Below, in pieces: positions 29,723 through 41,312 of a DNA stretch of 64,000 nt. Source of the DNA: Phycisphaerae bacterium (GTDB lineage: Bacteria; Planctomycetota; Phycisphaerae; SM23-33). The translations under genes and the position numbers were made by a program. How positions within the stretch are numbered: the stretch's first letter is position 1; each line of letters opens with the position of its first letter. A model generated the notes under the pieces. That model saw only the letters and a program-made list of their open reading frames with translations, was not told where the DNA came from and made no database searches. The stretch is from assembly GCA_046541415.1 (NCBI GenBank), contig JBKHDI010000013.1, forward strand, positions 1,064-65,063. The letters run 5' to 3'.

Positions 29723-32077
29723 CTATCGTCGCTTGCCCTTGCGCTTGACCCGCTTGGGCGAGCCCTTGGCTGAACTGCTGCCCGCCCCGCGCCGCTTGAC
29801 GCGCTTGGGCGAACCCTTCGACGACTTCTTGCCGCCTCTCTGCTTGCGTGAATTGTCCTTGTTTTCCCCGCCGGCCTGGGCCTGCTTCGTTTTCCGGCGG
29901 GCGCCCTTGTTCTTCTGCTTGGCCTTGACGGTGTGGCGGCTGTTCTTCTTCTTCGGCTTGTTGCCCACCGGAACGAGGTTCAACTGGCGCATGGCCACGT
30001 CGACCCCGGCGATTCGAACGGAGATCCGGTCGCCGATGCGGAACTTCTTGCCGCTGGACTCCCCGACGATCAGCCCTTCCTTGGCCTGGACCTCCCACCA
30101 GTCGTCGCCCATGTCTTCCAGGCGAATCAGTCCCTCGATCAGGAACTGCGGGCTCTGGACGAAGATGCCGAAGTTCGTCACGCCGGTAATCACGCCGGTG
30201 AAGTCCTCGCCGATCTTGGTTTCCAGGAATTGCAGCACGAGCACGTCGCGCAGGTCCCGCTCGGCCGCGGCGGCCTGATTCTCGGTTTCCGTGCAGTGCT
30301 CGCCCAGCTCGGCCAGCTCGTCGACGTTGTCGTCTTCGTGCTCGGCGATTCGGCCGTCGAGGTAATCCTTCAACAGCCGGTGGATCGTCAGGTCCGGATA
30401 GCGGCGGATGGGCGAGGTGTAGTGACAGTACTGCGGCGAGGCCAGGGCGAAGTGGCCCACGTGCATCGGCGAATATTCGGCCTGCTGGAACGTCTTGAGC
30501 ACAGCCAGGTTCACCGCGTAGCTCTCGGGCCGTCCCTTGACGTTCTCCAGCAGGTTCTGCAGGGCGTGGCGATTGAGCTCCTCCGGCAGCGTGTGGCCGC
30601 AGGCGCGGGTAAAGGCCCCGAGTTTGACCGACCCATCGACGTTCGGGTCCGGGTGGATTCGACGCAGGAAGGGCACGTCGTTGCGGTCCAGCAAGGTCGC
30701 CGCGGCGTCGTTGGCCTCGACCATGAACATCTCGATGATCGTGTGGGTGTAGCTGTCGTCCTCGGGGACCGCGTCGATAACCTTCTGGTCCTTGTCGAGC
30801 ACCAGTTCCACGTCGGGCAGGTCCAGGTGGAGCATGCCCGCCTTCTGGCGGCGCTTCTCGATCTTCCGGGCCAGGACCTCCATCTCCTTGACCAGTTCGA
30901 CGACCTTCGCATCGAACCCGCCGGTTTTGCCGTCGAGGATCCCCTGGGCCTGGCCGTAGGTCAGGCGCTTGTCGGAGCAGATCAGCGTCTCGGCGAACCG
31001 CGTGCCCACGATCTCGCCGTTCTCGTTGTAATGGATGAACGCGCTCTTGCAGAAGCGTTTCTCGCCTTCCTGCAGGCTGCAGACGCCGTTGGATAGCACC
31101 TCCGGGAGCATCGGCAGGACCTTGCCGACCAGGTAGACGCTGTTGCCGCGCAGGCGGGCTTCTTCATCCAGCGCCCCGCCAGGCTGGACGAAGTAGGAGA
31201 CGTCGGCGATGTGCACGCCCAGGGTCCGGTGGCCGTCGTCCTGGACCTCGATGGTAATCGCATCGTCGAAGTCGCGGGCGTCGTCGGGGTCAATGGTCAC
31301 CGTCAGCACGTCGGTCATGTCCTCGCGGGTCTCGCCGGCTGCGTCGGGGTCGAAACTCTGGTTGACCTTGCGGGCTTCTTCGAGCACCTCTTCCGGCCAT
31401 TCGTCTCGCAGGTCGTGCGCGCGAATTACGGCCAACTGCTCGGCCTGCAGTTCGGTCTGCTCTCCCAGGGTTTCGACGATCACCCCGACCGGCCATTTGC
31501 CGTCGGTGGGGTACTGGGTGATCTCGACGACGACTTTGGTTCCAACCCCGGGCCCGTCGCCGGCGATGTCGCGGATGATGATCGGCGTGGTCATCGCCTT
31601 GCCGTCCGGCCTGGCGAACCACTGCTCGCCCGCCTGGTCGAGCGTGCCGACGTAGCGGTTCTCGCCGCGTTTGAGGATCTTGACGATCTCCCCGCCGTAG
31701 GCCGTCTCGCCGTCGCGCTTGCCGCGCTTGAAGGTCCGGGCCTTGACCAGGTCTCCGTCCATCGCATCTGCCGCGTTGCCCGGCGGGATGAACAGGTCGC
31801 CGTGGGCGTTGGGCTCTTCGGGCACGACGAAGCCGAACCCCTTGGGGTTGGAGCGGAAGTGGCCGGTGACGAACTCGCCCATCTCCGGGAGGGTCAGGGC
31901 GTTTTTCGCGCCTTTTACGACCCGGCCTGAGTCGCGCAGCTGTTTGACCGCCTCGCGGAACGTGCCGTAATCATGCTCGGCCACGCCGAGCTTGCGGGCC
32001 AGCTGTCGGGGTTTGATCGGCGTGTATTCCCGTCCTGCCAGGTGTTCGAGGATCGCATCTTTGTATCGTGTGGGCAT
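29723..32077 (-). CDS. rnr: Ribonuclease R
   Basis: HTH/cold-shock OB domains, RNB catalytic domain (...DFDDAITI...), S1 domain and a Lys/Arg-rich C-terminal tail. Confidence 0.85.
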   Translation of the reverse strand: MPTRYKDAILEHLAGREYTPIKPRQLARKLGVAEHDYGTFREAVKQLRDSGRVVKGAKNALTLPEMGEFVTGHFRSNPKGFGFVVPEEPNAHGDLFIPPGNAADAMDGDLVKARTFKRGKRDGETAYGGEIVKILKRGENRYVGTLDQAGEQWFARPDGKAMTTPIIIRDIAGDGPGVGTKVVVEITQYPTDGKWPVGVIVETLGEQTELQAEQLAVIRAHDLRDEWPEEVLEEARKVNQSFDPDAAGETREDMTDVLTVTIDPDDARDFDDAITIEVQDDGHRTLGVHIADVSYFVQPGGALDEEARLRGNSVYLVGKVLPMLPEVLSNGVCSLQEGEKRFCKSAFIHYNENGEIVGTRFAETLICSDKRLTYGQAQGILDGKTGGFDAKVVELVKEMEVLARKIEKRRQKAGMLHLDLPDVELVLDKDQKVIDAVPEDDSYTHTIIEMFMVEANDAAATLLDRNDVPFLRRIHPDPNVDGSVKLGAFTRACGHTLPEELNRHALQNLLENVKGRPESYAVNLAVLKTFQQAEYSPMHVGHFALASPQYCHYTSPIRRYPDLTIHRLLKDYLDGRIAEHEDDNVDELAELGEHCTETENQAAAAERDLRDVLVLQFLETKIGEDFTGVITGVTNFGIFVQSPQFLIEGLIRLEDMGDDWWEVQAKEGLIVGESSGKKFRIGDRISVRIAGVDVAMRQLNLVPVGNKPKKKNSRHTVKAKQKNKGARRKTKQAQAGGENKDNSRKQRGGKKSSKGSPKRVKRRGAGSSSAKGSPKRVKRKGKRR

Positions 32078-32337
32078 GGTTCATCTCGGGGTTGAGGGGA
32101 TGGTAAGTCCAAGGTCCATAGTATGCTATACAGCCGCGAACCGAAAGGCTGTACCCGTAGGTACATATCATCCACCTGGTCGGGCCGAGGTGCCCGGCCC
32201 TGCGCCTATCTGCAAATACGTTTTGCGAATGTCTATATTCGTCGGCCTGGTGAGCAGGTAAAATCATAATACAAGACGGCAGCGGGTAAATGGCCGTTTC
32301 ACTTTCTTTTCTACTCTCAAGAGGACAGGAGCGTAAA

Positions 32338-33225
32338 ATGAGGAGACTTACTTTAATGGTTGTGCTATTGGCATCGGCCTCGGTGGCAGTTGCCGGGCCG
32401 ATCAGCGGCACTCTGACGTTAACCGAGTCGGCAGGAGACACGGAGAACCCGGTCGACTTGACGGCCCAGGGGATGTGGACGTGGGCCCTGTATGCCGGGG
32501 CCGTCGACGACAACAATGACGGGGCGTACGAACCGACCGAAATGAAGGCTGGCGGGGCGATGGTCACCCTGACCCCGTCGCTTTCCGGAACGGGCGGCAA
32601 CGCGTATGGCAACCCGGTTCCCGCAGATGCGATCGTCGAGACGACCAACCACGAAAAGCCCGAATACTTCACCTGGTCGGACGGCACGAACGAAGTGTCC
32701 GGGACGAAGACCGACAACATGACCTTCCGCCATCAGAATCCGCTGGGTTGGGTGACCGACAGCACGAGGCGGCAACTTTACATCGATGAGGTCGATGCGG
32801 ACTATGGTACGGACCTGGCCGCCTACGCTGCCGATCCCGATTACGGATTCGGCGAACTGGAGATCCTCGTGCCCGTTCCGGCAGGAGATGGCACGGTCAA
32901 CGTGTTCTTCGGCACGCGTCGTGTTTCGTTCCTGGCGGATGCCCTGCTGACCATCGACGGCGATACCTGGATTTCTGACTTGGTCCCCGATGGGACTGAC
33001 GGCGTCAACCCGGGCGATAAGACTAACAATGTACTGCAGGTGGACTATACAGCCTCTCAAGCCCAGGACCTGCTGGTCACCTTGACCGCGCAGGAAGTTC
33101 TCTCGGATACCAACCGTCGCTTCGACATCCAGGCCGTCGCGGTCGACGCGATCCCCGAGCCGGCGACAATGAGTCTGCTGGCCCTGGGCGGTCTGGCTGT
33201 GCTGCGTCGCAGGCGCATAGCGTAA
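32338..33225 (+). CDS. PEP-CTERM-anchored secreted protein, paralog A
   Basis: Signal peptide MRRLTLMVVLLASASVAVAG. C-terminal ...AIPEPATMSLLALGGLAVLRRRRIA (PEP motif, TM helix, Arg cluster). Confidence 0.65.
   Translation: MRRLTLMVVLLASASVAVAGPISGTLTLTESAGDTENPVDLTAQGMWTWALYAGAVDDNNDGAYEPTEMKAGGAMVTLTPSLSGTGGNAYGNPVPADAIVETTNHEKPEYFTWSDGTNEVSGTKTDNMTFRHQNPLGWVTDSTRRQLYIDEVDADYGTDLAAYAADPDYGFGELEILVPVPAGDGTVNVFFGTRRVSFLADALLTIDGDTWISDLVPDGTDGVNPGDKTNNVLQVDYTASQAQDLLVTLTAQEVLSDTNRRFDIQAVAVDAIPEPATMSLLALGGLAVLRRRRIA
33110..33220 (+). repeat. ~110 bp exact repeat shared with 34309..34415 (3' ends of the two PEP-CTERM paralogs)
   Basis: Identical string caaccgtcgcttcgacatccaggccgtcgcggtcgacgcgatccccgagccggcgacaatgagtctgctggccctgggcggtctggctgtgctgcgtcgcaggcgca in both genes. 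Confidence 0.8.
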
Positions 33226-33257
33226 ACGCTAATTCTATATAAGGATACCTCCTGAAC

Positions 33258-33300
33258 GGGCGGGCGAACCGGATAGCCGGGGCGCCCGCCCGCTTCTTCG
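33258..33300 (+). terminator. Rho-independent terminator preceded by a TACCTCCTGA motif
   Basis: GGGCGGGCG-loop-CGCCCGCCC followed by GCTTCTT. Confidence 0.5.
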
Positions 33301-33506
33301 CGCGGGCCAGGAAAATATCTCGCACCTCCCGGCAGACCAGCCCAGACCATCGAACGGTGCCGCTCCGCGCATGTGTTTGCATTTCCACAAAGAAGGTTTT
33401 GCGATTCCCCATATCTTGAAAATGTCATGCCGTCTACAATCTGCAGCGGTGGTACTACGTACGGGACTGCCACACTTTGTTCGTTCTCTAAAAACAGGAG
33501 AGACAC

Positions 33507-34421
33507 ATGAGGAAATTCACTTTAGCAGTGATGTTGTTGGCTGCGGCTTCGATTGCCGCGGCAGGAACGATTGATGGCACGTTGGAGATGACGAAGTCTT
33601 CTGGTTCATCCGATTCGCCGGTCAACCTGACAACGCAAGGCCAATGGGCCTGGGCGTACTTCGCGACAATCGAAGATGCTGACGAGAACGGTGTCTACGA
33701 GCCGACCGAAATGAAGGCCGGCGGGCCGATGATTACCCTCTCCCCGGGCCAATCCGGAGAGGGTGGCAACAGTTGGGGTAACCCGGTTTCGGGCGATCCG
33801 CAAGTCGTAGTATCCAACCACGAACAGCCGGAATATTTCGAGTGGTCTGACAGCTCGACAGATGACGGCGCAGGTGTTACCAACGATTACGAGTTCAACG
33901 GAAAACCCGCTACCTGGCGATATGACAATCCCCTGGGTTGGGTCGATAGCGAAGTTCATCGCAGCAATTACCAGACTGCGGCGGATGGCGATCCGAACTA
34001 TGCAAACACCTTCGAGGATTACGTTCTGGACTCGGACTACGGGTTCGGTGAACTGGACATCCTCGTTCCCGTCCCGGCAGGGGAAGGAACGGTCAAGGTG
34101 TATTTCGGGACGCGCCGCATCAAGTTCCTGGTCGACGCACTGCTGGATGCCGATGGCGAAACCTGGATCAGCGATCTGGCGGGTTCCTTCGAAGGCTCCA
34201 TTCCCGAGAGCGCCAAGACGAACAACGTCCTGGAAATCAGCTACAATGCAGATGTCGCCCAAGACCTCATTATCACCTTCACCGGGCAGAATGTGTACAG
34301 CGACACCAACCGTCGCTTCGACATCCAGGCCGTCGCGGTCGACGCGATCCCCGAGCCGGCGACAATGAGTCTGCTGGCCCTGGGCGGTCTGGCTGTGCTG
34401 CGTCGCAGGCGCAGAGCATAA
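33507..34421 (+). CDS. PEP-CTERM-anchored secreted protein, paralog B
   Basis: Signal peptide MRKFTLAVMLLAAASIAAAG. Domain architecture shared with paralog A (EPTEMKAGG, PEYFxWSD, DYGFGELxILVPVPAGxGTV). Identical PEP-CTERM tail. Confidence 0.65.
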   Translation: MRKFTLAVMLLAAASIAAAGTIDGTLEMTKSSGSSDSPVNLTTQGQWAWAYFATIEDADENGVYEPTEMKAGGPMITLSPGQSGEGGNSWGNPVSGDPQVVVSNHEQPEYFEWSDSSTDDGAGVTNDYEFNGKPATWRYDNPLGWVDSEVHRSNYQTAADGDPNYANTFEDYVLDSDYGFGELDILVPVPAGEGTVKVYFGTRRIKFLVDALLDADGETWISDLAGSFEGSIPESAKTNNVLEISYNADVAQDLIITFTGQNVYSDTNRRFDIQAVAVDAIPEPATMSLLALGGLAVLRRRRRA

Positions 34422-34451
34422 CGAACTGTAGAAAAACCTACCTCCTCTGAA

Positions 34452-34493
34452 GGGCGGGCGAACCGGACAGCCGGGTCGCCCGCCTTTTCTTTG
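34452..34493 (+). terminator. Rho-independent terminator preceded by a TACCTCCTCTGA motif
   Basis: GGGCGGGCG-loop-CGCCCGCC followed by TTTTCTTT. Confidence 0.55.
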
Positions 34494-34506
34494 GGTTGTC
34501 CGGTGC

Positions 34507-37680
<3,174 letters not shown>

Positions 37681-37794
37681 TTACCGCATGCGGCCGGACG
37701 GGGAAGCCAAAACGCCCCTGCGCTGCCGACAAATGCGTGCATGACGGGGGCGGGGGGCATATGATACGTCGCTGTCAGAGCAAAGGAGCCCGCA

Positions 37795-38130
37795 ATGAGT
37801 GCAGTGACAGAACTGGCCGGCCGACTGGGACAGGCCATCGCCGACAGCCCCGAAGCCAAGACCCTCAACGACGCCCGCAAGCAGCTCGAGGCCGACGAGG
37901 GCCTCCGGACCACCATGGAGCAGTTCGGCCAGCAGATGGAGAAGGTCCATAAGCTCGAACAGGAAAACAAGCCCATCGAGCCGGAAGACAAGAAGAAGCT
38001 GGCCGAGCTGGAAAAGGTCCTGGCCGCCTCGGAAAAGTTCAAGAAGTTCTCCGCCGCCCAGGTCAACTTCTACGACATGATGCGCAAGGTCAACCAGGCC
38101 ATCCGCGAGAAGATCGCCGAACTGGAATAG
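37795..38130 (+). CDS. Small coiled-coil protein, YlbF/YmcA-like
   Basis: 111 aa helical protein (...LEADEGLRTTMEQFGQQMEKVHKLEQ...). Family assignment is tentative, from memory. Confidence 0.35.
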   Translation: MSAVTELAGRLGQAIADSPEAKTLNDARKQLEADEGLRTTMEQFGQQMEKVHKLEQENKPIEPEDKKKLAELEKVLAASEKFKKFSAAQVNFYDMMRKVNQAIREKIAELE

Positions 38131-38186
38131 GGGCTCGGAGAGACAAGACCATCGCGACTGAACGTCTGAGTCTGGATCTGCCGTCG

Positions 38187-38687
38187 ATGGCGTTGGCTGC
38201 GTCGTACGTTTCGATGCTCGACGAATTCACCGCCGCGGGGGAACCCTACCACCAGAAGAACCAGCAGGACGCCCACGAAGACATCGCCGGGCTGCTGCGT
38301 CGCTGGGAGGAGCGGCGCAATGCCCGGAATCTCAAGCCCGGCCAGCCGGCGGCAACCAACTATTGGCTGGTCCGCGACGGGGCCGAGGTCGTCGGCTCGG
38401 GGCGGGTGCGACACTGGCTGACCGAGGCGACCTTCCGCTGCGCCGGCCACGTCGGATACGACATTCGCCCCTCGGCCCGGGGCCGGGGCTATGCGACGTT
38501 GCTTTGCGGGTTGCTGCTGGACGAGGCCAGAAAGATGGGCATCGTCCGGGCCCTGCTGACCTGCAACGGCGACAACTACGCCTCCATCCGCGTGATCGAG
38601 AAAAATTCCGGGCGCTACCACAGTACAATCCAGTTGCCCCAAGGCCGAAACCATATGCGGTTCTGGGTCGACCTGGCCCGTCCCTGA
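38187..38687 (+). CDS. GNAT family N-acetyltransferase
   Basis: Acetyl-CoA binding block RGRGYATLL. Typical GNAT length. Confidence 0.6.
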   Translation: MALAASYVSMLDEFTAAGEPYHQKNQQDAHEDIAGLLRRWEERRNARNLKPGQPAATNYWLVRDGAEVVGSGRVRHWLTEATFRCAGHVGYDIRPSARGRGYATLLCGLLLDEARKMGIVRALLTCNGDNYASIRVIEKNSGRYHSTIQLPQGRNHMRFWVDLARP

Positions 38688-38769
38688 CAGGCCGCCTTTG
38701 ATGCTGGCGGGATGACCGATACCGCGGCGCTGGCATCGGCGCTTTGCTGACCGGCCGCCGGGCAGTAAG

Positions 38770-40437
38770 ATGATGCACGGGTCCGCCGCAACGCCCGGGA
38801 GCCGCATGGCCGACTACGACGCCGTCATCTTCGACCTGTTCGGAACGCTGATCGACAACGTGTCGATGGACAGCTATCTTCCTGCCATCGATCGGATGGC
38901 CCGGTCGCTGGATGTTCCTCCCGAGCAGTTCCGCCAGGCCTGGCGCGACGATTCCCTCTCGCACCGACGCGCGACCGGCCAGTTGGCCAACCCCGAGCAG
39001 ATGGTACACGCCTGCTGCGATCTGCTGGGGGTCAAGCCCTCGGCCCGCGCGGTCCACCGGGCCGCCGAAATCCGCCGACAGATGTACGCCGAATGGGTCG
39101 TGCCCCGCCCCGGGGTCATCGAAACGCTGCAGACCATCCGCCAGGCCGGTCTGAAACTCGCCCTGATGAGCGGCTGTACCGGCGAGGTGCCCGCCCTCTG
39201 GCCCGAAACGGAAATGGCCCAGTTCTTCTCCGCTGCCCTGTTCTCCTGCGTGCTGGGCCTGGAGAAGCCCGATCCTGCGTTCTACGCCGCCGCACTGGAA
39301 GCCCTGGACGTTCCGGCCTCGCGCTGTCTCTACGTCGGTGACGGAGCCAGCGACGAGCTGGACGGGGCCGTCGAGGCGGGCATGCAGGCGGTGCTGCTGG
39401 TCGCCGCCCATGAGCGGTCGACGGTCATGGCCCGCCAGCAGTGTCGCGACTGGATGGGCAAGACCATCACCGACATCCGCCAGGTGCCCCGATTGCTGGG
39501 CCTGGACCAACCGGCCGATCGCGACCCGTTCGACGTCGGGGCCGAACTCTTCGAGCAGACCCTCTCGGACAGCGCAGCCGAGGCCCTGGCCGAGACCCCC
39601 GCCGGGGCCGAGGAAGGCGACGATGAGACTTCTGACGACGGCGAGGTCCCGGAACTGTCGCTGGCCGATGAGCAGATGCCCCAGACCCCGTCAACGGCGG
39701 ATGCTGTCCCGCCGCCCCGGTCGCCCAAGGCGAAGGCAGGCAGGTCCCGGCGTCCCAAGCGCAAGGGCCAGTCACCGTTCCGTGCGGTCTGCTTCGGCCT
39801 GCAGGGGACGCTGGTGGCCAATCCGGACCCCGACGGGCTCAAGACGGTTTTGCGGCGGGTGGCAGGCCGTGTCGGGGCCGACCCGGGACGCTTCTGCAAG
39901 CTCTGGCAGGGACGGGATGTCCGATCCGAGCGGATCGTCGGGACGCTTGCATCGCCTTCGGCGGCCATCCGCCACATCTGTCGCCAGCTGCGCGTCGATC
40001 CTGCCGACGACCAGATCCGACACGCGGTGACGTGCCTGTATGAGTACGCCTGGCTGTCGCTGCTGCCCGCGCCGGACGCCTTGGGCGTGCTGCACAGGCT
40101 CAGACGCCTGGGCTGGAAGACGGCCTGCCTGGCCCGCTGCTCGGTGGAGGTGCCCCAATACTGGCCGCGAACCGTCTTTGCCGAGCTGTTCGATACGACC
40201 GTATTCTCCTGCCAGCAGCGAATGGACCTGGACCAGCCGGAGATGTTCCAACTGGCCGCGGCCATGCTGGGCACGCGGGCCGAGCGGTGCTGCTTCGTCT
40301 CGGACAAACCCGAACAGCTGGCCGTGGCGAATCTGGCCGGTATGACCGCCGTGCTGTATAACCCCTCTGCCGGGCCGGCCGACTGGCCTGGCAGACAACT
40401 GACCAACCTGGACAAGATCATGCGCGTCCTTCGTTAG
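38770..40437 (+). CDS. Tandem HAD-superfamily hydrolase fusion (two haloacid-dehalogenase-like domains joined by an acidic/basic linker)
   Basis: Domain 1 motif I VIFDLFGTLIDN (DxYGT-type) and motif III/IV YVGDGASDELDGA. Domain 2 VCFGLQGTLVAN has Gly in place of the nucleophile Asp. Confidence 0.65.
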   Translation: MMHGSAATPGSRMADYDAVIFDLFGTLIDNVSMDSYLPAIDRMARSLDVPPEQFRQAWRDDSLSHRRATGQLANPEQMVHACCDLLGVKPSARAVHRAAEIRRQMYAEWVVPRPGVIETLQTIRQAGLKLALMSGCTGEVPALWPETEMAQFFSAALFSCVLGLEKPDPAFYAAALEALDVPASRCLYVGDGASDELDGAVEAGMQAVLLVAAHERSTVMARQQCRDWMGKTITDIRQVPRLLGLDQPADRDPFDVGAELFEQTLSDSAAEALAETPAGAEEGDDETSDDGEVPELSLADEQMPQTPSTADAVPPPRSPKAKAGRSRRPKRKGQSPFRAVCFGLQGTLVANPDPDGLKTVLRRVAGRVGADPGRFCKLWQGRDVRSERIVGTLASPSAAIRHICRQLRVDPADDQIRHAVTCLYEYAWLSLLPAPDALGVLHRLRRLGWKTACLARCSVEVPQYWPRTVFAELFDTTVFSCQQRMDLDQPEMFQLAAAMLGTRAERCCFVSDKPEQLAVANLAGMTAVLYNPSAGPADWPGRQLTNLDKIMRVLR

Positions 40438-40445
40438 GGGCTCCG

Positions 40446-41144
40446 ATGACCACGGAAACCAAACAGGCAGTCCTGCTGGACATGGGCAATACGCTGGTGG
40501 AATACTGGCCGGGCTGCGAGTGGACGGCCGTTTTGGCCGAGGCCATCGATGCCTGCAAGGCTCACCTTCTCGCCGACGGCTGGCCGAACATCGCCGCCGA
40601 CGAAATCGCCCGCCGGGTCGAGCTCCAGCGGCATATCCGGCAGGGGCTGGAGGTCGCGCCGCTGCAGCGGCGCCTGGCTGCGATTTTCGAGTTGCAAGAC
40701 GCCGCCGCGACCGCGCTGTGCGAGGTGTTCATGGGGCCGATCTTCGCCCGGGGCCGCGTCTACGAAGATGCGTTCGAGATTTTGGACCACCTCCGCGCCC
40801 GCGGCGTGCGGACGGCGATCCTGTCCAACAGCCCCTGGGGCAGCCCGGCGGCCCTGTGGCGCGCCGAGATGCGCAGGCTGGGCCTGGCCGAGAAGGTCGA
40901 CCTGTGCGTTTTCTGCGGCGACGTCGGCTGGCGCAAGCCCGATCGCCGCGCCTTCGAGTACGTCCTGGATCGCCTGGGTCTGGACCCGGGCGACTGCTTG
41001 TTCGTTGGCGACGACCCGCGGTGGGACATCGTCGGCCCCGAACAGATCGGCATGGATGCGGTGCTGATCGACCGCACCGGCCGGACCGAAGGAGCCATCA
41101 CCTCCCTGCGAGACCTGCTGGACCGCCCCGACCTGCCGGTATAG
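40446..41144 (+). CDS. HAD-superfamily hydrolase
   Basis: AVLLDMGNTLVEY motif I. ...FCGDVGWRKPD... and FVGDDPRWDIVG motifs III/IV. Confidence 0.7.
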   Translation: MTTETKQAVLLDMGNTLVEYWPGCEWTAVLAEAIDACKAHLLADGWPNIAADEIARRVELQRHIRQGLEVAPLQRRLAAIFELQDAAATALCEVFMGPIFARGRVYEDAFEILDHLRARGVRTAILSNSPWGSPAALWRAEMRRLGLAEKVDLCVFCGDVGWRKPDRRAFEYVLDRLGLDPGDCLFVGDDPRWDIVGPEQIGMDAVLIDRTGRTEGAITSLRDLLDRPDLPV

Positions 41145-41160
41145 CGATTGTGAGGGGTGG

Positions 41161-41184
41161 CATGCTTCTGGCTGCAGAAGCATG
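41161..41184 (+). repeat. Perfect 10-bp inverted repeat hairpin (CATGCTTCTG-gctg-CAGAAGCATG)
   Basis: Read directly from the sequence. 17 bp downstream of the HAD stop. No U-tract. Confidence 0.6.
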
Positions 41185-41262
41185 TCGATGCTCCCCCAAA
41201 GCCATCGCATGCTTCCCCTTCGCTACTCTCGTGGAAAGATGGCACCCGGACCTGCGTCTTGG

Positions 41263-41311
41263 CAATCCGCCAATCCGCAATCCGCAATCCGAAATCGGGA
41301 TTCCGCAATGG
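41263..41311 (+). repeat. Heptanucleotide tandem repeat (CAATCCG x4 plus degenerate units)
   Basis: caatccg-c-caatccg-caatccg-caatccg-aaatcgg-gattccg-caatgg in the convergent intergenic space before the yhaM-like stop. Confidence 0.6.
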
Positions 41312-41312
41312 G

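Noticed and set aside
29733-31096. Plus-strand ORFs inside rnr (181 and 387 aa)
   Set aside because: Antisense to RNase R, which has clear RNB and S1 domains.
41263-41311. Heptamer array considered as a CRISPR-like array
   Set aside because: Units are 7 bp with no spacers. Microsatellite, not CRISPR.
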